A stretch of 64,000 nt of DNA from Candidatus Poseidoniaceae archaeon (GTDB taxonomy: Archaea > Thermoplasmatota > Poseidoniia > Poseidoniales > Poseidoniaceae): positions 13,530 through 77,529 of the forward strand of contig JASLKC010000007.1 in NCBI GenBank assembly GCA_030747785.1, read 5' to 3'. The notes beneath the pieces are model-generated. The model saw only the letters and a list, made by a program, of their open reading frames with translations, made no database searches and had not been told where the DNA came from. A program made the translations under genes and the position numbers. Numbering within the stretch: position 1 is the stretch's first letter; each line of letters starts with the position of its first letter. Shown one piece after another: positions 37,343 to 47,519 of this stretch.

Positions 37343-38881
37343 ATGACTGAACCAATGAACACGATAACTGCTGAAGAGGTTCTTGAAGCCGAAGCGGTTG
37401 AAGATGATTCAATTTCTATTCCAATAAATTATTACCCATTAAAACAAGCTTTAGCAATAGGCTTAATTTTACTAGTTATTTCTTCTTCAATTCTGTATTA
37501 TGCACTATCTACAGAAGAAATTGTTAATTCTCCAGACGAGGTTATTGAGATTTGGGACTTTCCAATTAATAACCACACTTGGTATCACTTTCCTGGAGGA
37601 ATAGATGCAGTTGGAAATGAATCATTTGAATTCGAAGGAAGAAACATCCCATTCCAAACAGAAGGCACCTACTATGGAATAGGAATGAGTACATTCGAGC
37701 CGACAATGGGTATTACTCAAACCGATACTATGGTAATGAGTTCATGGGGCAATGGTCCATCTGGGTCGACTGCTATCGTTTCTTGCGATCTAATCGGCAT
37801 GCTAGATTCATTGGATTATTCTTGCACAAATGTGTATGACCCGCTAGTTCCAATTGCTAATTCGAATGACCCATATGTCTACGTCGACCCATGGACTGGT
37901 CGAATAATGAAATTCGATATGCACGCTCTTCTGGGCATGACGGTTGAATGGTCGGACAATGATGGTGCGAGTTGGACAGGCCCAACAATTGCTACCCAGC
38001 CATATTCAGTTCAAGACCACCAAACCATTGCTAGTTCAAATGCTCCAGCATTATTCCACGAAACAACCTGGATGTACTGTATCAATGGCAATGCCCCAGG
38101 TCCACTTTGTGCTGCAAGCCAAGACGGAGGAGCTACATGGGGGCCTGAGACATTTGGTTCTCCGCCAGATTGCCAATCGGGCGGACTAACTGCACATCTT
38201 GTTGGCAGTGTTGATGGTAATTTCTATCGAGGAAATATTGGATGTGATGGTACAGGATACTCGGTTTACCGCACAACCAATGCCGGGATTTCATGGACAG
38301 AACATGTGTTACCTACTTCTGTGACTGGTACTGCAGATACATGGAATGCCGAAGAAGCACAGGTCGAAGTCGATAGCGAAGGGAATATCCACGCAATGTG
38401 GATGGGATTGGATAACATGCCATACTGGTCATATTCAACCGATAGTGGAGACACATGGTCCAATGAAACGATGATTGCACCACCGATTGGCCTTGTTGGC
38501 ACAGGTTTCCCAGTTTCCGTAGCAGGTGATGCTGGAACTGTTGGATTCGGATATGTTGGAGATGCAGGTGATGACACTTGGAATGCATATCTGACATTTG
38601 CCACAGATGCCTTCAATGAGACTCCATTATTGACTACAGTTCAGATTAATGTTAATGGCGACCCAATTGATGAAACTCCTGATTGCGGCTACAATCGTTG
38701 TGGTGGGTTGGGAGATTTCTTAGACATCAGAGTCGATGCCTATGGACGAATATGGTTTGCACTATCACACAATAGGGCTGATATTGGAATATTCGCTACC
38801 ATCAATGTAGGCCCGAGCCTGAGAGGAGATGCTGTGAGCGAACTTGCACCTATGCTTGCAGGTGGAGAACAGACTCTGTGA
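37343..38881 (+). CDS. Membrane-anchored BNR/Asp-box repeat (sialidase-like beta-propeller) protein
   Basis: N-terminal signal anchor. Four SxDxGxxW Asp-boxes are present: SDNDGASW, SQDGGATW, TTNAGISW and STDSGDTW. Confidence 0.65.
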   Translation: MTEPMNTITAEEVLEAEAVEDDSISIPINYYPLKQALAIGLILLVISSSILYYALSTEEIVNSPDEVIEIWDFPINNHTWYHFPGGIDAVGNESFEFEGRNIPFQTEGTYYGIGMSTFEPTMGITQTDTMVMSSWGNGPSGSTAIVSCDLIGMLDSLDYSCTNVYDPLVPIANSNDPYVYVDPWTGRIMKFDMHALLGMTVEWSDNDGASWTGPTIATQPYSVQDHQTIASSNAPALFHETTWMYCINGNAPGPLCAASQDGGATWGPETFGSPPDCQSGGLTAHLVGSVDGNFYRGNIGCDGTGYSVYRTTNAGISWTEHVLPTSVTGTADTWNAEEAQVEVDSEGNIHAMWMGLDNMPYWSYSTDSGDTWSNETMIAPPIGLVGTGFPVSVAGDAGTVGFGYVGDAGDDTWNAYLTFATDAFNETPLLTTVQINVNGDPIDETPDCGYNRCGGLGDFLDIRVDAYGRIWFALSHNRADIGIFATINVGPSLRGDAVSELAPMLAGGEQTL

Positions 38882-39304
38882 TTACTCGTCGTCGAATACT
38901 TCGACTTCGGCCCAACGCTTGACGAACTCCGTCATCTTAGACTTGAATCGAGTTGCACGTACGATATGGTTGTCGATCCAGTGGTAATTTCCACCACGGG
39001 GCTTGCCAAATAGGCAGGAGTGCCACTTGAAACCATGTTTCGAAAGCCAAGACTCAGTTACCTCGCGATGCTCTTCCAATCGACTGGTAAAGAAGCAAAT
39101 AATGTGCCCTTCATCATACCATTGATTAATTCTCTCAACTACACCATCGTAAACTGCTGCAGTTGCCATTCGCTCAGGCTCCTCATTGGGAATATCTTCA
39201 CAGATTGTCCCATCGATATCAATCAAGTAATTCTTGCACCCTTCTGGAAGAGTAGGACTAATCTGAACCCCGTGCTCATCAGTGAGCTCCACTAGGTCTG
39301 CCAT
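38882..39304 (-). CDS. Small HAD-superfamily phosphatase-like protein
   Basis: YLIDIDGTICED (DxDGT motif I) and FFTSR (motif II-like); 140 aa. Confidence 0.45.
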   Translation of the reverse strand: MADLVELTDEHGVQISPTLPEGCKNYLIDIDGTICEDIPNEEPERMATAAVYDGVVERINQWYDEGHIICFFTSRLEEHREVTESWLSKHGFKWHSCLFGKPRGGNYHWIDNHIVRATRFKSKMTEFVKRWAEVEVFDDE

Positions 39305-39343
39305 TGGTTTGCGGCGAGCATTGACGATAGATGAATACTGCTA

Positions 39344-40039
39344 TCAGTTCAACCCTGCAATGAGGTTCATTAGAGCAGTTCTGAATGGAATCAGAGGCCT
39401 CCACCCGTCGGTATCAAGACTAATCAACATCTCATGTAATGGGGATAAATCGGGCCTCTTCCCCTCCTCTTGAGTCATGGGTTTCACTTCCATGCCAGCG
39501 ATTGGATGACCGAATAATGTCTCAGATGTGAATTCTCCACTAATCCCCTGATTCGTTCTATTCCAAAGCATTAGCAATTCTGCTTTAGAATCGCTGGGTT
39601 GCCATTCTCGGCGTCCGCACATGTGGATTCGTTCGACCTTCTTTTCCGCCCGTGCGATGTGAGCGATACCTTCGGCTGCATCAAGGACGCACAACCAATA
39701 GCGAGGAAGGGAATCAATTTCTTCTCCTCTAATCCATGCAGGGATTTCAGGAGCGAGCCACCTATCGGCACGCGATGGTAATAGATCTTGAACAATGATA
39801 TCCTTTCCAATTACAATATCTGCGTCACTACCATCGAATGATATCGAGAATCCTTTACCTTCAGAACTTATGGTGGCGGGTGAAAATTTGAGCATAGTAG
39901 AATTGCGTTCGGCGTGGATTTCCCCATCAGTGATTATATCGACATCCCAGGAGAGAAGTCTGTCGATTACAGCCTCGCTTAGAGAACAGGTAGCCCCTCT
40001 TACTACAACCGCCATCAATTCACGGCTAAGGCTTCCCAT
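39344..40039 (-). CDS. Hypothetical protein
   Basis: 231-aa ORF with an ATG start. I recognise no motif. Confidence 0.4.
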   Translation of the reverse strand: MGSLSRELMAVVVRGATCSLSEAVIDRLLSWDVDIITDGEIHAERNSTMLKFSPATISSEGKGFSISFDGSDADIVIGKDIIVQDLLPSRADRWLAPEIPAWIRGEEIDSLPRYWLCVLDAAEGIAHIARAEKKVERIHMCGRREWQPSDSKAELLMLWNRTNQGISGEFTSETLFGHPIAGMEVKPMTQEEGKRPDLSPLHEMLISLDTDGWRPLIPFRTALMNLIAGLN

Positions 40040-40065
40040 TCATGAGCATATCTATCAATAAATTA

Positions 40066-40237
40066 TTCAATTGAAATAATTGAATTTCCAATTGATTTCT
40101 ACAATGAGATTTAACTTTCTACCAAGGATTATGCGACACCAATTGAATCATCGATATTACCTCCGTTTCCAAAATCGAATAATTAATGATTCTGCAATTG
40201 AAGGATAAACGAATTATGCGTCAAATGCAATTGGATT
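40066..40237. promoter_or_regulatory. Array of six (C/T)AATTG(A/G) hexamer sites in a 275-bp AT-rich divergent spacer
   Basis: CAATTG at 40068, 40089, 40140, 40195 and 40228, and TAATTG at 40077, all read directly. Confidence 0.35.
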
Positions 40238-40314
40238 ATCATTCTCTGTCGGGAAAGAGTATAAGACCCGTCACTATAGAGGCTGTAACAGTCAAGACAC
40301 AATCTGACTAGGAG

Positions 40315-40914
40315 ATGGGAAAAATGCCGAACAATAATTATGACATCCAGGAGTTACTCCAGAGAGATGTTTACGTGAATGATACAAAGGTGGGAACAAT
40401 CGTAGGAGAACGTCACCACCCGAACGAATCCAGGGTGCGCTCAATGCGCCTTATGGTGGAGCCTGGGGTCGCAGATGAATACATGCGTAAACCAGCGGAA
40501 CTCGCACCCCTGCACAAAGAACTGATACACAGCATCAGAAACGATGGGGCAGTAAAGCTCTCGAAGTCTATGAGAGAACTCCAGCGACGCTGGCGCAACA
40601 CCGTACGAATCGATGAAAAATTATACGCACCTGATGAAATGATGGATCGTGCCGTCCTCGATAACCAAGGTATGGAAATCGGAGTAATCACTAATCTTGT
40701 GAAAATCAAGCGTACATACCGAGCAGTAGTCGTAAAGACTCGAATCGGAATACAAACGCAATATGGCGTTGAAGGTACTATCAATGTACCAATTACCGCA
40801 CTCGCGCGAACAAGAGAGCGCCTCGACGAGGTCGTTCTCTCTCGCACATTCGACAAGTTGCTATCGTTGCCTTCATACATGCAAGCTAACGATGGCACTG
40901 AAGAAGACGAGTGA
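40315..40914 (+). CDS. Hypothetical protein with two PRC-barrel-like segments
   Basis: VYVNDTKVGTIVGE and VLDNQGMEIGVITNLV resemble PRC-barrel signatures. The start may instead be ATG 40324, which lies 9 nt after GGAG. Confidence 0.4.
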   Translation: MGKMPNNNYDIQELLQRDVYVNDTKVGTIVGERHHPNESRVRSMRLMVEPGVADEYMRKPAELAPLHKELIHSIRNDGAVKLSKSMRELQRRWRNTVRIDEKLYAPDEMMDRAVLDNQGMEIGVITNLVKIKRTYRAVVVKTRIGIQTQYGVEGTINVPITALARTRERLDEVVLSRTFDKLLSLPSYMQANDGTEEDE

Positions 40915-40963
40915 AGTAAACCGTCGAATTCATAACCGGTAGTCCGGTCGCCGAGTTGCCCTT

Positions 40964-41040
40964 GCGCGAGTAGCTTAGTCGGCTGGAGCACCCGGCTGAT
41001 AACCGGGAGGTCGCAGGTTCAAGTCCTGCCTCGCGCACCA
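40964..41040 (+). tRNA. tRNA-Ile (anticodon GAU), CCA encoded
   Basis: Hand-folded cloverleaf. Acceptor is GCGCGAG/CTCGCGC and the anticodon arm is CCCGG-CTGATAA-CCGGG. The T arm is GCAGG-TTCAAGT-CCTGC, with discriminator A followed by CCA. Confidence 0.9.
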
Positions 41041-41108
41041 GATTTCAGGAAAAATTTGTTTCCATTCAATAAGAACACTCATGTATTCCTCTCACAGGGC
41101 CATGCAAC

Positions 41109-42044
41109 ATGGTGGTCGTGTCCGGGAGCAACTCCCGCGCCCTCGCCCAAGACTTGGCCAATGAATTGGGCTGGGAACATCGCTCACTCGAGGTCCGCCG
41201 ATTTCCTGATTCTGAAGGGTATATTCGAATTCCCGATGATTCGATTACATCAGTCCGCAGTGAGCCGGTCATTTTAGTTTCAAACACATTTCCAGACGCT
41301 GGAATAGTGGAAACTCTTCTCATGCTTGAAGCTCTCAACGATCTTCGAAAAGGACGCACAGAAAATCTCAGGGAAATTGGGCCACAAAGTATGGACGATG
41401 TAGGGCCTGGAGTTCTTCTCGCCATCCCTTACTTCGGATATTCGCGTCAAGATAAGCGATTCAATCCAGGTGAAGCAATCAGTGCACAAGCAATTGGGCG
41501 TCTTCTCTCGGCACATTGTGACGGCATCATTGTTTTCGATCTCCATGCACCTTCGGCTCTAGAGGATATGCCGGTGCCGGTTGCATTCACTTCGGCTATG
41601 CCAGAAATAGCGGCCCACCTCCAATCCACAATCGCACCGGATTTCATACTCTCGCCCGACAAAGGTGCGATTGAAAGAGCAAGCGCTGTTGCTGAGGCGA
41701 TTGGATTACCATTCTCATATCTTGAAAAGACTAGGATTGACGCACATACTATCATCCATAAAGCGAAGAATCTCGATGTCGATGGCAAAGTCGTCGCTAT
41801 TGTAGATGATATGATTGCAACCGGAGGCACAATTTGTAAGGCGGCTGATGCGCTTCGTAAGCAAGGTGCAAAAGAAGTTCATGCTGCTTGTACCCACGGA
41901 TTATTCACTGGTGGTGCGATAAACAGACTGGTCAGACATGTCGACGGAGTCCACGCAACGTCGTCTTTAACCAACTCCCGGGCGGTCATTTCTGGCGGCC
42001 CCGCTCTAGCCCGTGGAGTGCGTGAGTTGCTCGCAGGCCTCTAA
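41109..42044 (+). CDS. prs: Ribose-phosphate pyrophosphokinase (PRPP synthetase)
   Basis: AIVDDMIATGGTI PRPP-binding loop and YFGYSRQDKRF motif; 311 aa. Confidence 0.85.
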   Translation: MVVVSGSNSRALAQDLANELGWEHRSLEVRRFPDSEGYIRIPDDSITSVRSEPVILVSNTFPDAGIVETLLMLEALNDLRKGRTENLREIGPQSMDDVGPGVLLAIPYFGYSRQDKRFNPGEAISAQAIGRLLSAHCDGIIVFDLHAPSALEDMPVPVAFTSAMPEIAAHLQSTIAPDFILSPDKGAIERASAVAEAIGLPFSYLEKTRIDAHTIIHKAKNLDVDGKVVAIVDDMIATGGTICKAADALRKQGAKEVHAACTHGLFTGGAINRLVRHVDGVHATSSLTNSRAVISGGPALARGVRELLAGL

Positions 42045-42129
42045 ACAGGGCCCGTAGAGCCTATCCGTGGGGTTTATACTCGCGAGGCCGTGCGGAGCCT
42101 TGCTTCACATAAGCATGAGAGTGATTTCA

Positions 42130-42501
42130 ATGAGTGCACACGTGTCTTTCGAAACCCCTAACGACGTCGCAGATAAGATCTACGAACTAGTTCAGGCGAA
42201 CAACAACGGTCGAATGAAAAAAGGATCTAATGAGGTGACCAAGGCAGCCGAGCGCGGTAATGCCAAGTTCATTATCATGGCAGAGGATGTCAATCCGCCA
42301 GAACTACTGGCTCACATCCCATTGATCTGCGCTGAGAAAGGCATCCCCTTCGGATATGTCCCTTCTCAGGAATTCCTTGCTAAGGAAGCAGGAATGCCTG
42401 GTGGCGTAAAGACCGCTTCCCTTGCATTGATGGAAGTATCCAAAGGTGCACAAGAGAAGTTCAACGAAGTTGTTGAGATCGTAAAAGGTCTCTCCAGCTG
42501 A
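42130..42501 (+). CDS. rpl7ae: 50S ribosomal protein L7Ae
   Basis: KKGSNEVTKAAERGNAKFIIMAEDVNPPELLAHIPLICAEKGIPFGYV. Start set at ATG 42130. Confidence 0.9.
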   Translation: MSAHVSFETPNDVADKIYELVQANNNGRMKKGSNEVTKAAERGNAKFIIMAEDVNPPELLAHIPLICAEKGIPFGYVPSQEFLAKEAGMPGGVKTASLALMEVSKGAQEKFNEVVEIVKGLSS

Positions 42502-42532
42502 TTATAATCAACTGAATTCGGAGGAATAAGAA

Positions 42533-42757
42533 ATGTCTGAGGAACTCGGAGGATGGCCTGCAGAGGTTGTCGAAGTTGTTGGTCGTACTGGAATGACCGG
42601 TGAGGCTACACAAGTCAAGGTGCGTGTTAACGATGCACCAAACCCACGTGACGTGGGACGAATTATCACACGAAACGTCCTCGGTCCTGTTAGGATTGGC
42701 GATATTCTAATGCTACGCGACACAGGTCGTGAAGCACGTAAACTCAACTACAGGTGA
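42533..42757 (+). CDS. rps28e: 30S ribosomal protein S28e
   Basis: [23 protein letters not shown]...[30 protein letters not shown] sits upstream. Confidence 0.9.
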   Translation: MSEELGGWPAEVVEVVGRTGMTGEATQVKVRVNDAPNPRDVGRIITRNVLGPVRIGDILMLRDTGREARKLNYR

Positions 42758-42762
42758 TCAAG

Positions 42763-42951
42763 ATGCCAGAACAAAGAATCTGCACCTTTTCCGGCGAGGT
42801 TATCGAGCCGGGTACCGGACTGATGTTCATTCGCCGAGATGGAACCGTACAGTGGTTTGCAAATAGTAAGGCTCGCAAAAATGCGGTCAAGCTAAAGCGC
42901 AACTCTCGCAAGGTGAAGTGGACTCGTCACTACGTCAAGGGCGACGCTTGA
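42763..42951 (+). CDS. rpl24e: 50S ribosomal protein L24e
   Basis: CTFSGEVIEPGTGLMFIRRDGTVQWFANSKARKN. The ATG at 42763 is preceded by AGGTGA. Confidence 0.9.
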   Translation: MPEQRICTFSGEVIEPGTGLMFIRRDGTVQWFANSKARKNAVKLKRNSRKVKWTRHYVKGDA

Positions 42952-42958
42952 AGCACAC

Positions 42959-42978
42959 ATTGAGCACCTTCGCTCAAT
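42959..42978. repeat. Inverted repeat ATTGAGC-N6-GCTCAAT just after rpl24e
   Basis: Read directly: 7-bp arms and a 6-nt loop, 8 nt after the stop codon. Confidence 0.7.
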
Positions 42979-43027
42979 CGTTGCGCTCATATAGGGCGTG
43001 CCGGTCGGCAACAATGGTGGAATTGTC

Positions 43028-43474
43028 ATGGAGACTACCTACGTTATGGTAAAGCCCGATGGTGTGCAACGCGGATTGGTTGGAGAAATCATTCAGAGAT
43101 TTGAGCAAAAGGGACTGCAATTAGTTGGCCTGAAGCAGGTCATTGCTAGCGAAGAAACCGCTAGAGAACACTATGCGGTTCATGCAGAGAGACCTTTCTT
43201 CCCTGGATTAATCAAATTCGTAACCAGCGGGCCTGTAGTATGTATGGCATGGAGAGGTCGCGATGCAATCAGTGTTGCTCGCAATCTAATCGGTCCAACC
43301 AACGGTCGCGAGGCCGCACCCGGAACAATCCGCGGTGACTTTGGAATGGATATCGGTTACAATATGATTCATGGATCTGATGCGGCTGAAACCGCTGAAT
43401 TTGAACTTGGACTCTGGTTCCCAGAGGGCATCAATGAGTGGACAATGGACTCTCAAGGATGGGTCTACGAGTGA
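43028..43474 (+). CDS. ndk: Nucleoside diphosphate kinase
   Basis: [21 protein letters not shown] and NMIHGSD (catalytic His). Confidence 0.9.
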   Translation: METTYVMVKPDGVQRGLVGEIIQRFEQKGLQLVGLKQVIASEETAREHYAVHAERPFFPGLIKFVTSGPVVCMAWRGRDAISVARNLIGPTNGREAAPGTIRGDFGMDIGYNMIHGSDAAETAEFELGLWFPEGINEWTMDSQGWVYE

Positions 43475-43521
43475 ATTGTAGTCCAATTGCATTTTTAGAA
43501 AAACCAATTGGGGGATAAGAT

Positions 43522-45360
43522 ATGTCTGAAGGGGCTCCTGAACAGGAAAGCCCCTCTGATGAAGAGGTTATCGAACTCGGTTGGGCTCGTCAACCAATCG
43601 TCAGCGTTCTTGGCCATGTCGACCATGGTAAGACTAGCGTTCTCGACCACTTCCGTTCTCTTGGATTGGAACGTCAAGCTAGTGTTATGGCAAGAGAAGC
43701 GGGTGGAATAACTCAACACATTGGTGCAACTGAAGTACCAGCAAAAATTCTCAATGACACTTGCTCCCCAATGATGGGAGGTAAGAAATTTAATTCCCCG
43801 GGACTGCTCTTTATCGATACTCCTGGGCACCAGTCTTTCACCAGTTTGCGAAGCCGCGGAGGGGCATTAGCGGATATTGCAATTCTCGTAGTTGATGTAA
43901 TGGAAGGTTTGCAACCACAGACGATTGAGAGTCTTCGAATCCTACGTGAAAAGAAAACTCCTTTCGTTGTAGCGGCCAACAAGGTAGACCGCATTCATGG
44001 CTGGTACACCGAACGTGGGCGCTCTTTCATAGAATCGTGGGCAAATCAGAGAACCGATGTTCAACAGCTCTTTGAAGAGCGATACTGGAAATTATTGAGC
44101 CAATTTAGTGAGCATGGATTCAATATTGAACGCTATGATAAGATTACTGATTTCAAATCTAATTTGGCATTAGTCCCATGTTCTGCAAAGGATGGAGAAG
44201 GCCTCCAGGACCTATTGACAGTAACTGTAGGGCTCGCTGAAAGGTTCCTCGAGGAGAGGCTTCGTGACACCCTAGGGCCGGGCGAAGGTACTGTTCTCGA
44301 AATGAAAGATGAAGTCGGACTCGGAAAAACAATCGATGTCATCCTAAATCGTGGTGAACTCAATGTGGGTGATACCATTACTCTGGTCAGCTCTGATGGC
44401 CCATTCACTACCCACATCAAAGGAATGCGAAGACCGAGAGGAATGAGTGAGATGAGGGATGCTGGTGATCGCTGGGAATCTGTCGACCACGCAATTGCTG
44501 CTTGTGGCCTTAAAATCGTGGCACCAGGTTTGGAGAATGTCCTAGCAGGTACAACTCTACGCCAAACAAATGAGGAATCAGAAGTTGCTGCTGCTGCGAT
44601 AGAAGCGAGAAAGGAAGCAAGCATTTCCGTTGAATTAGCTGAAGAGGGCATCACCATCAAGGCGGATACAATCGGAGGACTCGAAGCCCTTGCATTCGAA
44701 CTCGACAAAATGGAAATACCCATTCGAATGGCTACAATCGGACCAGTAAACAAGCGTGACATTCTGTCTGCTCAAGCCGCAGGCAATCCTCTTGACCAAG
44801 TAATCCTAGGTTTTGCAACCAAAGCTAATGCTGAGGTCGCATCTAAACTTGAAGGCGAGGATGCAGAAGTCAAATTCATCGCTTCTGAAATCATCTACCG
44901 TATTCTCGAAGAATTCGAAGAATGGCGCATATCAACCAAAGAAGACATGGATGCAGCAGAAAGAGAAAACCTCGTCTACCCTGGCCGTCTACTCTATCTC
45001 AGAGATCATACCTTCCGAAACAAGGGCCCTGCCATTGTTGGGATGCGTGTCATTGGAGGCAGAGTACATGTCGGCCAGAAAATCATGAAGACAGATGGTA
45101 CGCCAGTTGGACAAATCCGAAGTCTTCGAACTCGAGGCGGTGATGAAGTGAAAGAAGGGCATCAAGGCGAAGAACTCGCTGTTGCAGTAATGGGTCCTAC
45201 AGTAGGCAGGCATATCGAAGAGGGTGACGAATTCTTTGTTGATGTGCCAAGTAGGCATGCAAGGCGCCTTAAAAAACTCGAATTAACTCCCATCGAAGAA
45301 GAAATTCTGGAAGAAATCACGCGTCTGCACAGGCAGAATGACCACTTCTGGGGCCGTTGA
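43522..45360 (+). CDS. infB: Translation initiation factor aIF5B (IF2 homolog)
   Basis: GHVDHGKTS and DTPGH GTPase motifs; 612 aa. The position after ndk matches the conserved archaeal cluster. Confidence 0.9.
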   Translation: MSEGAPEQESPSDEEVIELGWARQPIVSVLGHVDHGKTSVLDHFRSLGLERQASVMAREAGGITQHIGATEVPAKILNDTCSPMMGGKKFNSPGLLFIDTPGHQSFTSLRSRGGALADIAILVVDVMEGLQPQTIESLRILREKKTPFVVAANKVDRIHGWYTERGRSFIESWANQRTDVQQLFEERYWKLLSQFSEHGFNIERYDKITDFKSNLALVPCSAKDGEGLQDLLTVTVGLAERFLEERLRDTLGPGEGTVLEMKDEVGLGKTIDVILNRGELNVGDTITLVSSDGPFTTHIKGMRRPRGMSEMRDAGDRWESVDHAIAACGLKIVAPGLENVLAGTTLRQTNEESEVAAAAIEARKEASISVELAEEGITIKADTIGGLEALAFELDKMEIPIRMATIGPVNKRDILSAQAAGNPLDQVILGFATKANAEVASKLEGEDAEVKFIASEIIYRILEEFEEWRISTKEDMDAAERENLVYPGRLLYLRDHTFRNKGPAIVGMRVIGGRVHVGQKIMKTDGTPVGQIRSLRTRGGDEVKEGHQGEELAVAVMGPTVGRHIEEGDEFFVDVPSRHARRLKKLELTPIEEEILEEITRLHRQNDHFWGR

Positions 45361-45433
45361 GTAAAACGCTGTACGTCGCGATTCCGAGCGACTTGAATAC
45401 GCAATACCTTGAAGTATGGAAGTTCGTGGTTCC

Positions 45434-45452
45434 CCCTTTGTACCACAGAGGG
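45434..45452. repeat. Hairpin CCCTTTGT-ACC-ACAGAGGG (one G-U pair) upstream of moxR
   Basis: Read directly: 8-bp stem and 3-nt loop, 7 nt before ATG 45460. Confidence 0.7.
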
Positions 45453-45459
45453 TTTAGCC

Positions 45460-46467
45460 ATGAATGCAGGATTCCAAGCAGGAGCCCAAGCCGGTGACCA
45501 CCGCACAAAAGACTTGATCGCTACAGTTAGCGCCATCGCAAATTCATTGATGGGCGAAGTCTCCAAGGTCATTATCGGTAAGAATGAAAATCTACGAAGA
45601 GTCTCTGTTGGAATTCTTTCTAATGGAAACATGTTGCTAGAAGATTTCCCTGGATTAGCAAAGACATTGCTCGCCAATACTTTCGCCCGTGCACTCGGTT
45701 GTAAATTCAAGCGTGTTCAATTCACTCCCGATTTACTGCCCTCTGATATCATGGGGACTTACATGTATGACCAGAAAACTGGTGATTTCAAATTACGTGC
45801 AGGTCCTCTTTTCGCAAACATTCTACTTGCTGACGAGATTAACCGTGCGCCTCCTAAGACCCAAGCAGCATTGCTTGAGGCTATGGAAGAGAAGCAAGTT
45901 ACCATCGAAGGTATCACACACAAATTACCTGCACCTTTCGTAGTTCTAGCAACACAGAACCCGATTGAGCAGGAAGGTGTCTATCCGCTCCCAGAAGCTC
46001 AGATGGACCGTTTCCTGATGAAGATGAGTATGGGTTACCCTGACCGTGCAGAGGAGAAGGCAATTCTTGCCCGCCGTAAGTTACGTGGAAAGGATGGACA
46101 CGATGTCGAGCAGATTACTTCACCAAAGAAGGTCGTAGCAATGCAAAAAGCTCTCGAAACTGTACATGTTGATCCTGCAATCCTTTCCTATATCGTCGAG
46201 ATTGTTCAGCGTACTCGTGAAGACCACAGAGTGGTCAACGGTGCATCGCCTCGTGGTAGTCAGAACTTGTTCAAGTCCGGCCGTGCTGCTGCTGCAATCG
46301 ATGGCAGAGACTATGTTATCCCAGATGACATCAAAGGCATTGCACTACAGATTCTCAGTCACAGGATTGTCATGAAACCTGAGGCAAAGATTCGTGGAAT
46401 TACCGGCATGCACATTGTTCGCAAGATTCTGTCCGAAGTCCCAGTTCCTGTAATCCAACAGGGATGA
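45460..46467 (+). CDS. MoxR-family AAA+ ATPase
   Basis: LLEDFPGLAKT (Walker A variant), LLADEINRAPPKTQAALLEAMEE (Walker B/sensor) and RVQFTPDLLPSDIMG. Start set at MNAGFQ. Confidence 0.85.
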   Translation: MNAGFQAGAQAGDHRTKDLIATVSAIANSLMGEVSKVIIGKNENLRRVSVGILSNGNMLLEDFPGLAKTLLANTFARALGCKFKRVQFTPDLLPSDIMGTYMYDQKTGDFKLRAGPLFANILLADEINRAPPKTQAALLEAMEEKQVTIEGITHKLPAPFVVLATQNPIEQEGVYPLPEAQMDRFLMKMSMGYPDRAEEKAILARRKLRGKDGHDVEQITSPKKVVAMQKALETVHVDPAILSYIVEIVQRTREDHRVVNGASPRGSQNLFKSGRAAAAIDGRDYVIPDDIKGIALQILSHRIVMKPEAKIRGITGMHIVRKILSEVPVPVIQQG

Positions 46468-46540
46468 TGCCCACTTAGGCAATGCCAAGATTGACAGGGG
46501 AGTGACGCCCTCGTTGTAGTAGCGGGAGGGAGAGAGTACA

Positions 46541-47506
46541 ATGAATCCGTACAAGATGGTCGTCGCAGTAGCCAATCAGAAAGGCGGTTGTGCAAAAACT
46601 ACGACTGCGGTAAACTTGGCTGCAGCCCTTGCAAAGGGCTCCAAAAAACACAAATTACCTCCTGCTAAAGTTCTGTTAATCGACCTTGACCCCCAGGGTA
46701 ATTGCGCTACTTCATTCGGTGTTGAGAAGAAAAGAATTCGCAAGACTGCATACGACTTATTGGTAAATGATAGCGGAGAAGAACTACCCTTGATGGAGGA
46801 ATATCTAATCTCGCCACAAGGCTTGACACATTCAATGCGAAGGGCTTGGTCAAAACGAATGGGTTCCGATAGAGTTCCTTCCGACCTCGGCATAGAGAAT
46901 CTGTGGCTCTTACCCAGCGATATCCACCTATCGGGAGCTGAAATTGAACTAAGTCATCGTATTGGAAGAGAAACTCGTCTGAGAGAGGCTCTTGCACCGA
47001 TCATCGAAAAATTTGACCATATCATCATCGATACACCGCCTTCGTTGGGATTGCTATCAATCAATGCCCTCTGTGCTGCCAATTGGGTTTTCATTCCAGT
47101 ACAGGCAGAATATTACGCATTAGAAGGTTTCAGTATGCTGATGAATTCAGTGAAGATGATTCAGAAGCGAATAAACCGTAATTTGAAAATTTTTGGTGTC
47201 GCAATGACAATGGTAGACTCAAGATCCAAACTTTCCATGCATGTTTGCGATGAAGTAGCAGCAAAAATTCCGAATAAATTGTTCAAAACTCCGATTAGAC
47301 GCTTGGCCAAAGTTGCCGAAGCCGCATGGACTGGTGCACCAACAGTCATCCTGAATCGTCCGAGTAATAGTGGCGCTGGGGCAGGGAGTAGAGAATATTG
47401 GTCATTAGCACGAGAATTTCATCTCCGTGTCCTGGAAATGCGCCGAGAATACGGTGTAAATGAACATCCGCGACTCTTGTTAGAAAAACAAGGCCGCGCG
47501 ATATGA
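46541..47506 (+). CDS. parA: ParA/Soj-family partition ATPase
   Basis: Deviant Walker A (VANQKGGCAKTT), IIDTPPSLG and a Soj-like C-terminal half. A roughly 50-aa insert follows switch I. Confidence 0.85.
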   Translation: MNPYKMVVAVANQKGGCAKTTTAVNLAAALAKGSKKHKLPPAKVLLIDLDPQGNCATSFGVEKKRIRKTAYDLLVNDSGEELPLMEEYLISPQGLTHSMRRAWSKRMGSDRVPSDLGIENLWLLPSDIHLSGAEIELSHRIGRETRLREALAPIIEKFDHIIIDTPPSLGLLSINALCAANWVFIPVQAEYYALEGFSMLMNSVKMIQKRINRNLKIFGVAMTMVDSRSKLSMHVCDEVAAKIPNKLFKTPIRRLAKVAEAAWTGAPTVILNRPSNSGAGAGSREYWSLAREFHLRVLEMRREYGVNEHPRLLLEKQGRAI

Positions 47507-47519
47507 GGATGAAGAAAAA

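Noticed and set aside
42045-42129. A possible L7Ae-binding kink-turn in the rpl7ae leader, looked for because autoregulatory K-turns are known in some archaea.
   Set aside because: Only loose TGAGAGTGA and ATGAG strings and a 4-bp GCTT/AAGC stem are present. I could not draw a convincing C-stem/3-nt-bulge/tandem G-A structure.
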